From: Candidatus Velthaea sp.
GTDB taxonomy: Bacteria > Vulcanimicrobiota > Vulcanimicrobiia > Vulcanimicrobiales > Vulcanimicrobiaceae
Direction of reading: 5' to 3'
Length of the DNA: 64,000 nt
Assembly: GCA_050012475.1 (NCBI GenBank)
Contig: JBEKHC010000001.1
Coordinates: 1 to 64,000 of the forward strand
A model generated the notes under the pieces. That model was not told the DNA's origin. It worked only from the letters and a program-made list of their open reading frames with translations, and did no database searches. The position numbers and the translations under genes were made by a program. Shown piece by piece: positions 19,131-29,128 of the stretch (its first letter is position 1; each line of letters opens with the position of its first letter).

Positions 19131-21563
19131 ATGGGACCCAGCTACGACGCGCAGCACAACGAGTACAGCGCGTATGTCTTGCCCGAGTCGCAGACGCCGT
19201 TCGGACTCACGCTGGGGAACTTCAAAACCTTCGCGACGTCAACGCCCAAAGGCGGCATCCGCGGGCTCTGGGACGCCGACACCGATCAGATCATTTTCGG
19301 AACGCATCAGATCGCCTACCGCATGGGCGACCGCCCGACATTGCTGCCGCATCAAATCACCCGCGATTTTACTTTCGTGCCGTACGCGCAGATCAGCGAA
19401 TTCAGCTTGTACGACGCGGTCAGCGTGACCGAGACGTTTTACGTTCCGCACGGCCCCAAGCACGACCGGGTGGTGAGCTTCGTCATCGACGTCAACCTCT
19501 ACAATCGCGATTCCAAGCTGCAGCACGTGCGGGTCTTTCCGTGGGCGCTGCTCATCGGTCAACGCTTTTACGGCGAACCCGAAAAACAGGTCCGCGCGTC
19601 GGTCGTCGGGCCGTACGTCCGCTCGTTCGGCGAGGAATCCGGCTATTCGCGCTGGTGGGGCGGTTCGCGCGCTCCCAGCGCGGTCGTCGTCTCGCCGCGC
19701 GAACAGGCTATCGTGCAGTCGATCGAAGCGGGCCGGCTGCGCGACGACGCCGGGCTCGATGAAGTGACGCCGCAATTGGCCGAATTCGTCAACCGGCGGA
19801 TCTTCGGTGCGCTCGAATATCGCATCGACGTAGCGCCGGGAGCGCGCGAGATGCTGCGCATCGCCGTGGTGTTTCACAAGGACGGCGACGCGCGCGCAAA
19901 ACCGGCCCTCGAACAACTGCTGCACGATGAAACCGCGCTGCACGAAACGCACCGCTACTACGCGGCGCGGCTCAACGACGCGCGCCTGATGACACCCTCG
20001 CCGCTCATCAATCGCGGCGTGGTTTGGGCGAAGTGCAACATGCTGCGCGTGATCAAAGAGTATCCGCAGGGCTGGGGCTCGACGAACTCGCCGCCGTCCG
20101 ATATCCTCGTGTCACGCGATACGTCGTGGTTCGTCCACGGCTACGATTATTTTTTGCCGCAGTTCAGCCGCGATGCAATCGACCTGTTCAACCGCTTCGT
20201 GGAGCCCAGCGGTCAAGTCGTCGAGTACGTGCGCGGCGTCAACGGCTTCAGGACGAGTTACGAACTCAACATCAACGACGACACGCCGCTGCACGTGATC
20301 GCGATCCTCCATCATTACAACGCGACGCTCGACGACGACTGGCTGCGCGGCGTATTTCCGCTGGTCGTCAAGATCACCGATTATTTGCTCTCGCAACGCG
20401 ATGCCAACGGATTGGTGTTTTGCAAGGCCGGCGGCGTGGACATGTTCGGCATCACCTCGTGGCGCAACATCATCCCGTACTACACGCTCGACGGGGCGGT
20501 GACCGAGATCAACGCCGAAGCCTATTTCGCGGTCGAAGCGGCGGCGATGCTGGCCGCGATCGTCGACGATCGCGTCGCTTGGGAACGCTTCTCGCGACAG
20601 GCGACCGCGCTGCGCGAAACGATGATGGCCAAGCTGTTCAACCACGATAGCGGCGCATTCGTGCTCAACTACGATGCCGAACAAAACTATCAGGACAACT
20701 TTACCGCCGACGAAATCTTCCCAGTCCTCTTCAACGTCGCCGACCCCGAACAGCGCAAATCGATCTTGCGCCGCCTGCTCCAAGCCGACTTCACGACGCC
20801 CGTGGGTCTGCGCACGATCTCGACGGCCGACTCGTGGTATTTTCCTTCGCACGGCTTCGGTTTGCTGGGCGGGATTTGGCCCGACCTCACGCTGTGGTTC
20901 GTCGTTGCGCTGGCGCGCAACGGCTTTTTGGCCGAAGGCGTACACTGGCTCGAAGCGATCTACGAAACGATGGAAGCGGGCGCCGCGCGCAACACCGTCC
21001 CCGGCCAGTTCGGCGAGTGGTTCGACGGCGGCTCGCTGACGAATCGCGGGATGTACCTCTCACCCTGGACGGGTGCGAAGTATCTGTGGGCCGTCGCCGA
21101 GACGGTGTGCGGACTCGACGGGTATCGCACCGGCGGCCGGCCGCACTTCGCGCCGCTACTGCCGCCCGACTGGAAATGGACCGCCGCGGCCCGCGTCCAC
21201 TGGGGCGGCCGCCGCCACACCTATGTCATCGACGCGGTCGCGCAGCGGATCGTCGGCGACCTCACGTTTGCCTCCGCCGACGAGCCGTACCGCGTTTTCT
21301 ATGCCGGCGTCGATGTCAGCGACGAAGCGACGACCTCGCCGGTCGACGTCGGCGCGATCGTGTTCGAGGATGCCGGCGGCGTGCGGGCGTTCTTGTGCAA
21401 TCAACAGGATAAGGCGCGCCACGTCTCGCTTGAATTCCGCGGCCGAACCGAACAACGTTCGCTTGCGCCGGGCGAACTCGCCGAGATCGTTTTGTTCGGA
21501 ACGCCCGGATTGGCCGACGCGATGGTCGTCGAGGAAGCGCCGCCTGCGGTCGCGGCGGTATGA
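19131..21563 (+). CDS. Six-hairpin glycoside hydrolase (amylo-alpha-1,6-glucosidase/GH63-like C-domain)
   Basis: SRDTSW, DDTPL, EINAEAY, GLRTIS, GGIWP, FGEWFDG...SPW. Start 19122 or 19131. Confidence 0.7.
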   Translation: MGPSYDAQHNEYSAYVLPESQTPFGLTLGNFKTFATSTPKGGIRGLWDADTDQIIFGTHQIAYRMGDRPTLLPHQITRDFTFVPYAQISEFSLYDAVSVTETFYVPHGPKHDRVVSFVIDVNLYNRDSKLQHVRVFPWALLIGQRFYGEPEKQVRASVVGPYVRSFGEESGYSRWWGGSRAPSAVVVSPREQAIVQSIEAGRLRDDAGLDEVTPQLAEFVNRRIFGALEYRIDVAPGAREMLRIAVVFHKDGDARAKPALEQLLHDETALHETHRYYAARLNDARLMTPSPLINRGVVWAKCNMLRVIKEYPQGWGSTNSPPSDILVSRDTSWFVHGYDYFLPQFSRDAIDLFNRFVEPSGQVVEYVRGVNGFRTSYELNINDDTPLHVIAILHHYNATLDDDWLRGVFPLVVKITDYLLSQRDANGLVFCKAGGVDMFGITSWRNIIPYYTLDGAVTEINAEAYFAVEAAAMLAAIVDDRVAWERFSRQATALRETMMAKLFNHDSGAFVLNYDAEQNYQDNFTADEIFPVLFNVADPEQRKSILRRLLQADFTTPVGLRTISTADSWYFPSHGFGLLGGIWPDLTLWFVVALARNGFLAEGVHWLEAIYETMEAGAARNTVPGQFGEWFDGGSLTNRGMYLSPWTGAKYLWAVAETVCGLDGYRTGGRPHFAPLLPPDWKWTAAARVHWGGRRHTYVIDAVAQRIVGDLTFASADEPYRVFYAGVDVSDEATTSPVDVGAIVFEDAGGVRAFLCNQQDKARHVSLEFRGRTEQRSLAPGELAEIVLFGTPGLADAMVVEEAPPAVAAV

Positions 21564-22468
21564 CCGCCGACGGCCGGATCCGGGCGGACCTCGTGCGCGC
21601 AACCGAGTCGCTGTACGGCCCCAATCGCAGCTCGCGCCCCAGCGACTATCAAGCCGCGGGCGTCGTCTGTCCGTTCTGTCCGGGCAACGAGCATCTCACC
21701 GGGGCCTTGCAGACCGCCGATCCCGGGCCAAATTGGACCAGCCGGGTGATCGCGAACATCTACCCCGCGGTCGTGGCGCCTGACGGCCGCCACGAAGTCA
21801 TCGTCGAGATGCGGGCGCACGAGGCGCACTGGAGCCGGCTCGCCGACGCCGAGATCGAGCGGATCCTGGGCGTGTACCGGGATCGCGAGCGAGCCGGGTA
21901 TGCCGACGGCTACGCGTTCGTCGCGATCTTCAAGAATTCGGGTCGGGCTGCGGGCGCGTCGCTGCGGCACCCGCATGCCCAGGTCGTCGCCCTGCGCGCG
22001 GTGCCGCGCTCGATCGCGGCCCGCCTCGAACGCTTGAATGCTCGGTGCGCAACGTGCGAAGTTGCGCGCGGCGGCGCCGGCAACGTCATCTTTCGCTCGG
22101 CTGGGGTCGTTGCGTACGTGCCCGACGGGTCGCGCACGGCCTTCGAGGTTCGCATCGCGCCGGTCGCGCACGCGGCGCGCTTTTCCGAAGCCCCGGAGGC
22201 CGAGCTGCCGAACGTGGCCCGGGCGGTGGCCGGGGCCTTGAAGCGGCTTGCCGCAACGCTCGGCGAAGAGGTGCCGTTCAACATCATCGTGCAGTCGGCT
22301 CCGCGCGATTCGCGGGCCCTAGCGCTGCTGCACTGGGAGATCGAAGTTGTCCCACGGTTGGAAAATTTTGGCGGATTCGAGATCGGGACCGGAGGCTTCT
22401 TGGTAAGCCGCACCCCCGAGGATGCCGCCGGCATCCTGCGCGCCGCGGAACTCGCCGTCCGTGCGTAG
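21560..22468 (+). CDS. GalT-like (HIT superfamily) sugar-1-phosphate nucleotidyltransferase
   Basis: CPFCPGNE, NIYP, HEVIVE, FKNSGRAAGASLRHPHAQ, HWEIE, GGFEIGTG. Confidence 0.85.
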   Translation: MTADGRIRADLVRATESLYGPNRSSRPSDYQAAGVVCPFCPGNEHLTGALQTADPGPNWTSRVIANIYPAVVAPDGRHEVIVEMRAHEAHWSRLADAEIERILGVYRDRERAGYADGYAFVAIFKNSGRAAGASLRHPHAQVVALRAVPRSIAARLERLNARCATCEVARGGAGNVIFRSAGVVAYVPDGSRTAFEVRIAPVAHAARFSEAPEAELPNVARAVAGALKRLAATLGEEVPFNIIVQSAPRDSRALALLHWEIEVVPRLENFGGFEIGTGGFLVSRTPEDAAGILRAAELAVRA

Positions 22469-22952
22469 CCGCCGGCCGGGCACCTCGTTCGTCTTGATCG
22501 GCGGCGCCATCATTCTGCTGATCTCGATCGCGGTCGGCCAGCGGCTGGGCGACAGCGTGCTGCGCCAAGTCACCGAGCAGCGCAACACGCAAGCGACCGC
22601 GATCCTCACGCCGGTGCCGCCGGCGCCGCAGCCGACCGACATGGGTCCGGTCCGCAACTGGAAACACGAGCAGGTCGTCAGCGTCGCGACCGACCCGGCC
22701 TTTCCCGACCCGCGCGCAACTCCGAAACCTACGCCGACGCCGGCCCCGACCCCAATTCCGACCGTCCCGCCGCCCACGCAGCCGCCCGACGAAGATCTCG
22801 CGCCGGTCAAACCCGTCTACACGTCGCCGCCGCTGCCGATGCCGATTGCGTCGCATGCTCCCGAGGATGTCGACACCGAGCCGCCCGACGCGAACGGTTA
22901 CCCGCAAGGCATTCCGCCGGTCACCCCCGAGCCGACGCCGCACGGGCCGTAG
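22461..22952 (+). CDS. Pro-rich single-pass membrane protein
   Basis: N-terminal TM helix and a PTPTPAPTP linker; GTG start near the galT stop. Confidence 0.65.
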   Translation: MRSRRPGTSFVLIGGAIILLISIAVGQRLGDSVLRQVTEQRNTQATAILTPVPPAPQPTDMGPVRNWKHEQVVSVATDPAFPDPRATPKPTPTPAPTPIPTVPPPTQPPDEDLAPVKPVYTSPPLPMPIASHAPEDVDTEPPDANGYPQGIPPVTPEPTPHGP

Positions 22953-23069
22953 GGGCGCCGGCTGTCCGTCACCCGGCCGGGCGGAGGAGGGACGCTTGCC
23001 GGTGGCGACGTGTTCTTAATGTTCGCATAGGTTGGACGCGATATGATAGGAACACTAGGGTGCCAGGGG

Positions 23070-23103
23070 AGCCGCCCGGAGGCTGCGGGGCGCGGCCTTT
23101 TTT
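23070..23103 (+). terminator. Intrinsic terminator-like hairpin with U-tract upstream of pdxS
   Basis: GCCGC...GCGGC followed by CTTTTTT. Confidence 0.5.
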
Positions 23104-23146
23104 ACCGATATCGTATTTGGACGAGAGCCAATAGAGCGAGGGATGC

Positions 23147-24043
23147 GTGGATAAACAGATCGGAACCGTTACCGTCAAGCGCGGGCTGGCGCAGATGCTC
23201 AAGGGCGGCGTCATCATGGACGTCGTGACCCCCGAGCAAGCCGTCGTGGCCCAGGAAGCCGGAGCGGTTGCCGTGATGGCGCTCGAGAAGATCCCCGCCG
23301 ATATTCGGCGCGAGGGCGGCGTCGCGCGTATGAGTCATCCGGCGCTCATCAAGCGCGTGATGCAGGCCGTGACGATCCCGGTGATGGCCAAGGTGCGCAT
23401 CGGGCACTTGGGCGAAGCGCGCCAGCTCGAAGCGCTGGGCGTGGACTACATCGATGAGTCCGAAGTGCTGACGCCGGCCGACGACAAATATCATCTCGAC
23501 AAGCACGCATACAACGTGCCGTTCGTGAACGGCGCGAAAGATTTGGGCGAAGCGCTGCGGCGCATCGCCGAAGGCGCGGCGATGATTCGCAGCAAGGGCG
23601 AAGCGGGCAGCGGCAATATCGTCGAGGCGGTCCGCCACATGCGGTCGATCCGCGACGCGATCGGGGAGCTGTCGGCCGTGCCCAAAGAAGAACTCGTGAC
23701 CCGCGCGCGCGACTTGGGCGCACCGCTGGATCTCGTCCAGTATGTCGCCGAGCATCGCAAGCTTCCGGTGGTCCTGTTTTGCGCCGGCGGTGTTGCCACG
23801 CCCGCCGATGCCGCGCTGATGATGGCGCTGGGCGCCGAGGGCATCTTCGTGGGCAGCGGCATCTTCAAATCGACGGATCCCAAAGCGTTCGCCAAAGCGA
23901 TCGTGGACGCGACGACGCATTGGAACGATTCGGCGGTCGTGCTTGCGGCGCACAGCTCGATTCCCGAAGAGGCCAAGGCGATGGACGGGCTCGACATTCG
24001 CCAGCTGGCCGATCATCAGTTGCTCGCCCAGCGCGGCAGTTAA
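23147..24043 (+). CDS. pdxS: Pyridoxal 5'-phosphate synthase lyase subunit
   Basis: [48 protein letters not shown]. Confidence 0.97.
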   Translation: MDKQIGTVTVKRGLAQMLKGGVIMDVVTPEQAVVAQEAGAVAVMALEKIPADIRREGGVARMSHPALIKRVMQAVTIPVMAKVRIGHLGEARQLEALGVDYIDESEVLTPADDKYHLDKHAYNVPFVNGAKDLGEALRRIAEGAAMIRSKGEAGSGNIVEAVRHMRSIRDAIGELSAVPKEELVTRARDLGAPLDLVQYVAEHRKLPVVLFCAGGVATPADAALMMALGAEGIFVGSGIFKSTDPKAFAKAIVDATTHWNDSAVVLAAHSSIPEEAKAMDGLDIRQLADHQLLAQRGS

Positions 24044-24051
24044 CTTTGACG

Positions 24052-24657
24052 ATGGCGAGTCCCGTCGTCGGGGTCCTTGCGCTGCAGGGCGATGTCGTTG
24101 AGCATATGCGCGCGCTCGAAGCGGGCGGCACCCGCGCGCGCGAAGTGAAGACCGAGCGCGACCTGCGTGCGGTCGACGCGCTCATCATTCCGGGCGGCGA
24201 GTCGACGACGGTCATCAAGCTGCTCAACCGGTTTGGGCTAGTCGCGCCGATCAAGGCGCGGGTGCATGCGGGGATGCCGCTCTGGGGAACGTGCATGGGC
24301 ATGATCGTCGCGGCTCACGACGTCGCGGACCTCGATCAGCAAACGCTCGATCTCATCGACATCACCGTGCGCCGCAATGCGTTCGGGCGGCAGATCGCAT
24401 CGGCCGAAGTCGCGTTGCCGATTCCGATCCTGGGTGCGGCGCCGTTTCCCGCCATCTTCATTCGCGCGCCGTGGATCGAGCGCGCCGGGCCGGGCGTCGA
24501 CGTGCTTGCGCAGCATGAAGGCCACGGAGTCTTCGTGCGCCAGGGCAATGTGATGGGCACGTCGTTCCACCCGGAACTCACCAACGATGCCCGCGTCCAC
24601 GCTTATTTCGCGCGGATGATCGAAGCCGCCGCTGCCAGGGTCGCGAAAGCATCGTAA
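24052..24657 (+). CDS. pdxT: PLP synthase glutaminase subunit
   Basis: GVLALQGDV, PGGEST, GTCMG, RNAFGRQ, FIRAP, SFHPE. Confidence 0.97.
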   Translation: MASPVVGVLALQGDVVEHMRALEAGGTRAREVKTERDLRAVDALIIPGGESTTVIKLLNRFGLVAPIKARVHAGMPLWGTCMGMIVAAHDVADLDQQTLDLIDITVRRNAFGRQIASAEVALPIPILGAAPFPAIFIRAPWIERAGPGVDVLAQHEGHGVFVRQGNVMGTSFHPELTNDARVHAYFARMIEAAAARVAKAS

Positions 24658-24659
24658 CG

Positions 24660-25918
24660 AGCGAGCTCGAGCGCTAACGGTCGAACGCGATCGACCTCGC
24701 GCGGCCGCACACATGACGGAGTGTTCGTAGCGGCGGCTGCCCAGCGCGATTCCAATGCTGACGGTGGCGTTGACCGACTGCGTCCCAATCGTTATGGGAA
24801 TGCGCATCTCGGCGCTGATCCGATCGGCAGCATCGCTCGCGTCCCTCGAATCCTCGATCCCCGTCAGAAGAATGCCGAACTCGTCGCCGCCGAGCCGGGC
24901 GACGACGTCTTCGGTCCGCACGCAGCGTTCGAGACGACGCGCGGTAACTTCGAGTAAGCGGTCTCCCGCGACGTGTCCGTAGGTATCGTTGATGTCTTTG
25001 AAATGATCGAGATCGATGAACAACACGGCGAATAGGCGGGCCGAGCGGCGTTTCATGAGCGAGATCGCCCGGGTCAGGTGTTCGTCGAAGACGCTCCGGT
25101 TGGGCAAGCGGGTGACATGGTCGATCGACAGCTTTTGCCGCAATTCGTTTAGGTAGACAATGCGTTCGCTCAGATCGTGGGCGACGTGAACGAAACCGCC
25201 GTCGGCGCGCTCGGGCCTTGCGCGCAGCGACGTCACCGTTTCGTTGCCGATGAAGCGCGAGCCGTCTTTGCGCACGAACCAACGATCCTCTCCGATCGTG
25301 CCGAGCGCGGCAGCTTTGGTGAGGATCATGGCGGGGACACCGTTTTCGATGTCCTCCGGCGCAAACAACTCGACGAAGCGTTTTCCGACGATCTCGTGGT
25401 CGCTGTATCCCAAAACCTTCCGGGCTGCGGCGTTCGACGTCGTTATGATACCGTCGGGCGACAGAGAGAAGATCAAGCATTCCGGCACCGTCTCGATCAG
25501 AACGCGAAAGCGCTCTTCGCGCCGTGCGAGCGCTTCACGATCCAGATAGGCCTCGCTGCGGTCGGCGACGAGCTTGGCGAACCCGATCAGCGCGCCGCGC
25601 GAGTCGCGGATCGGCGCGACGCTCGAGGTCGTGCGCACGATCGTCCCATCTTTACGCAGATGGTGGCGATCGTAGTAGGTTCGTTTCTCACTGCGGGCTT
25701 CACGCAATTCCGTTTCCAGCAGCCCGACGGCGATGTCTTCAGGCGTGAACAGCATCTCGAGCGATCGTCCAAGCGCTTCTCGAGCGGTATAGCCGAACAC
25801 GTGCCGGGCACCGGAATTCCAAGTCTCGATCACGCCTTCAATGGAAACGGCGAACACGGCGTATTCGGTCAGGCTTTCAACCAATAAGCGGCAATGACGG
25901 CTCGCTCGAGCGCTTCAT
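24660..25918 (-). pseudogene. PAS-PAS-GGDEF diguanylate cyclase, apparently disrupted
   Basis: Two PAS domains, DHVTRLPN, FIDLDHFKDIND, ARLGGDEF. Natural 5' end is out of frame, the final helix is shortened, and there is no stop until deep inside antisense pdxT (24238). Confidence 0.65.
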
Positions 25919-26077
25919 CTCATCTCGTTTCGCGCGCAGAAGCAGAATCTGAGCAGGCCTACGACTCTGTTTCAGTATGAAACCGGGCGAGCGGCCGCGG
26001 CAATACCATGTCATGACAAAACTGTTTACACCGCGGATCGCCGGTGCAGCCGAGGTTGCCCTCATGGTCCGTAGTAA

Positions 26078-26098
26078 ATGATAAGTAAGGTTTATCAT
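26078..26098. promoter_or_regulatory. LysR-type binding site (T-N11-A)
   Basis: ATGATAA-N7-TTATCAT perfect inverted repeat upstream of the yeiH promoter. Confidence 0.7.
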
Positions 26099-26117
26099 AA
26101 CCTAAAGAAACGCTATT

Positions 26118-26146
26118 TTGACTTATTGAAGCGCGGGCGGTAGCAT
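26118..26146 (+). promoter_or_regulatory. Sigma70-type promoter of yeiH, probably leaderless mRNA
   Basis: TTGACT-N17-TAGCAT, 6 nt before ATG 26153. Confidence 0.7.
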
Positions 26147-26152
26147 GAGTCG

Positions 26153-27235
26153 ATGAACTCGGTTGCCACGCAGCGCCTATCGGAGAAACGCCCTCTTCGC
26201 CTTATCCCGCTCATCGCAAAAAACGACTCCCCGATTCCCGGTTTGGCGCTCGTGCTTGCCGTTGCCGTCGTCGCCCGACTGCTCTCGCGATGCACCGGCG
26301 CATTCCCGGATGTCGCGATCGCACTCGTCGCTGGAATGCTGCTGCGCAATCTCGTTGGACTTCCCGCCGGGATCAACCCGGGAATCGCCTTCACCCTGCG
26401 GTATCTCTTGCGCGCCGCGATCATTTTGTTCGGCGCCGGTCTCACGTTTGCGGCGATCGCTCACGCCGGCGCGGCGACGCTCGCGCTGGTCGGGCTATGC
26501 TTCATCATGGCGATGGGCCTAGGACTCGCGCTGGCGCGCGCGTTTCGGCTGCCCGGCGTGGTTGGACTGCTCATCGGCGCGGGTACCGCGATCTGCGGCG
26601 GGTCGGCGATCCTTGCGCTGGGGCCGCTGGTGCGGGCCAAGGATGAGGAGATCGCCTATGCGATCAGCACGATCTTCACGTTCAACGTCATTGCGCTGCT
26701 GCTCTATCCGCCGCTGGGCCATCTCTTTCACTTTTCACAAATCGCGTTCGGAAGCTGGAGCGGCACGGCGGTCAACGACACCTCGGTCGTCGTGGCGACC
26801 GGATACATCTACGGCGCCAAGGCCGGCGCGGTGGCGACGATCGTGAAGCTGACCCGCACGATGCTGCTCGTTCCGCTCGCGATCGTGGTCGGGCTGCGCG
26901 GCGACGCGCAGGCGAGCAACGGCGCACGTGCCGGCGCACCGCTGGCCGATGCCGGCATATGGCGACGGGTGACGCGCACCATTCCCTGGTTCATCTTCGG
27001 TTTCGTCGCGATGGCTGCGCTCAACAGCGTTGGAGCATTTTCGGTGGACACCGCGCGCGTGCTCACGGCGACTGCCGCGTTCTTCATCGTGATGGTGCTC
27101 GCCGGCGTCGGGTTGAACGTCGATGTCGCGCAAATAGGCCGCCTGGGGCTGCGTCCGCTCGCCGTCGGGATCCTGCTCGCGACGGTCATGGCCGGCGTGA
27201 GCATCGGGCTCATCCGCGCCTTGCGCATCGGCTGA
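26153..27235 (+). CDS. yeiH: YeiH family membrane transporter (putative sulfate/sulfite exporter)
   Basis: LLRAAIILFG, GTAICGGSAI, SGTAVNDTSVV, IVKLTR, PWFIFGF; about 10 TM helices. Confidence 0.88.
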   Translation: MNSVATQRLSEKRPLRLIPLIAKNDSPIPGLALVLAVAVVARLLSRCTGAFPDVAIALVAGMLLRNLVGLPAGINPGIAFTLRYLLRAAIILFGAGLTFAAIAHAGAATLALVGLCFIMAMGLGLALARAFRLPGVVGLLIGAGTAICGGSAILALGPLVRAKDEEIAYAISTIFTFNVIALLLYPPLGHLFHFSQIAFGSWSGTAVNDTSVVVATGYIYGAKAGAVATIVKLTRTMLLVPLAIVVGLRGDAQASNGARAGAPLADAGIWRRVTRTIPWFIFGFVAMAALNSVGAFSVDTARVLTATAAFFIVMVLAGVGLNVDVAQIGRLGLRPLAVGILLATVMAGVSIGLIRALRIG

Positions 27236-27261
27236 GGCGTGCCCCGCTGCCGGGGTTCGGG

Positions 27262-27684
27262 CTAAAGGCGCAGCGCCGCGAGCATTTCGCGGCCCATCGT
27301 AGTATCGGATTTGTAGACGATCCCCGTGCCGTACTGCGAACGCGCGACGGTCGTGCCGTCCGTTTCGATCGATACGCCGCCCACCCAGTGCTGCTTCTCG
27401 AAGAAACCGATGCCGTAGGCGCACGTTATCGGCCCGCCGGTGCCGAAACGGGATTGCGCGTTCGCCGACCACCCGTCGCGATAGCGATCCATGATCGCGA
27501 CCAGTCGCGAAATCGTGTTCGCGTCCCGCACGGTCAGGGGGTGATACGCGCCGCGCGCGTTGTTCACGATGACCGCGGTCGTGCCCGGAAACGGCGAAAA
27601 AGCGAGCGGCTCGGGACGGCTGCAGCCGGCGCAAAGCGCAACTGCAAACGTCGCTGCAAACAACACGCGCCCAGGTTTGAACAT
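27262..27684 (-). CDS. Putative lipoprotein
   Basis: GGAG RBS and a signal peptide ending in the lipobox-like LCAGC. Confidence 0.6.
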   Translation of the reverse strand: MFKPGRVLFAATFAVALCAGCSRPEPLAFSPFPGTTAVIVNNARGAYHPLTVRDANTISRLVAIMDRYRDGWSANAQSRFGTGGPITCAYGIGFFEKQHWVGGVSIETDGTTVARSQYGTGIVYKSDTTMGREMLAALRL

Positions 27685-27833
27685 CGACAGGTCTCCAGGC
27701 CGCATCTCGTCCGAGTATACGGCTTGCAGCGCCTTCACCTTGCGACTTTACCACCACGCCGGCAGCACCGACGGCTTCAACCGCGCTATCGGCGGCTTGG
27801 ACGCAGCCCAAACGCGAACCGCGACGAATCCAT

Positions 27834-28730
27834 TTAGCCCAGCCAGCTCGGGTTCTGGAACGTGCTGTCGAAGAAGCGCGACGTTTTATACCGCTCGTAC
27901 GAACCGTCGCAAGCGAGCGCGGCGGTCTTGGCGAGGATGGCGTCGACTTGCGCCGGGGTCAGCGGCGTGAACGACGTCGCGGCGGCGATTGCCTGATCGA
28001 GAACTTCGGGCTTGTCGATGCCGGTAATGACGACGCTCGTCGGCAGATTCATTCCGTAGTGCAGCATTTCGATCGGATCGACCAGGCTCGTATCGAGCAG
28101 ATTATGGTCGCCGAACGTTTTCATCGCGAGAATCCCCATGTCGAGCTTCTGCGCAACCGGAATGACGTTTTTCTCGAAGCTATTGTAGTGCGCGTCGAAT
28201 ACGTTGAGCGGCATTTGCACGGTGTCGAACGTGAAGCCGTGCTTCGCGGCCAGCTCGATCATGTGCAAATGATAGTCGGGATGCTTGTGGCCGGTGAACC
28301 CGATGTAGCGCACCTTTCCGGCTTCTCTGGCCGCCAGTGCAGCCTCGAATGCGCCGCCCGCGGCGAAGATCCGGTCGGCATCGTCGGCCCGAATGTTCTC
28401 GTGGAACTGGACCAGATCGAGCCGGTCCGTCAGCAGCCGCGCCAGCGACTGTTCGAGCTGGTCGTTGAAGGCCGCCTTGGTGCGGCCGTCGAGCTTGGTC
28501 ATGAGAAAGACGCGGTCGCGGTAGCCGCCCACGCTCAGCGCACGGCCCATGCGCAGCTCGCTCGTTCCGCTGTTGTAATCCCACGAATTGTCGAGAAACG
28601 TAATGCCGCGATCGATGCCGGCATGCATGAGTTCGATCATGTCCGCGTCAGGGATCGAAACGTATTCGTTGGTGCGGCCGAGCCGCCGCTTGGGAATCGT
28701 CGCTTGGCTTGGAGTCGAAGCAGGAGTCAT
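27834..28730 (-). CDS. Aldo/keto reductase with apparent in-frame N-terminal deletion
   Basis: RRLGRT, FLDNSWDY, FLMTK, DLVQFH, GKVRYIGFTGH. The usual GLGG segment is absent. Confidence 0.85.
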   Translation of the reverse strand: MTPASTPSQATIPKRRLGRTNEYVSIPDADMIELMHAGIDRGITFLDNSWDYNSGTSELRMGRALSVGGYRDRVFLMTKLDGRTKAAFNDQLEQSLARLLTDRLDLVQFHENIRADDADRIFAAGGAFEAALAAREAGKVRYIGFTGHKHPDYHLHMIELAAKHGFTFDTVQMPLNVFDAHYNSFEKNVIPVAQKLDMGILAMKTFGDHNLLDTSLVDPIEMLHYGMNLPTSVVITGIDKPEVLDQAIAAATSFTPLTPAQVDAILAKTAALACDGSYERYKTSRFFDSTFQNPSWLG

Positions 28731-29128
28731 ACGTTGGGTCGCTCCCCCGCAATAGGAAGCCTACGCCGCTTGCACCCGTCGCTGAGGCCGGTTCAAAAGC
28801 GCGTGTTCGCGTTCGCCTTGCGGCAGCTTGCCGATGCGACGCGGCGCGTTTGACGCAAAACGGCTTTGTCGCGCGCGGTTTGCGCATGGTTATTAAGAAC
28901 GCCTATACCGCCGCATCGGTACGGCGCGTCGTTCGTGTCCCGTTCGGGTGCGCCACGCTCTTGTTTTCGATTCAAGCCGCACGCCGAACGGTACCGGAGG
29001 ACTCAACATGGCTAACGATAATGTGACGAGCGAGTTTGAGCCGTTGTCATACGTGATGTGGCGGCCGGTTCTGTCTCGTGCGTACCGCACCGGGACGCGT
29101 CCAGTCCACCGTCCGAAAGGATCAGCGC

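Noticed and set aside
23050..23100. TPP or Mn (yybP) riboswitch before pdxS
   Set aside because: Starts ACTAGGGTGC / AGGGGAG but lacks CTGAGA and the other conserved cores, and is too short.
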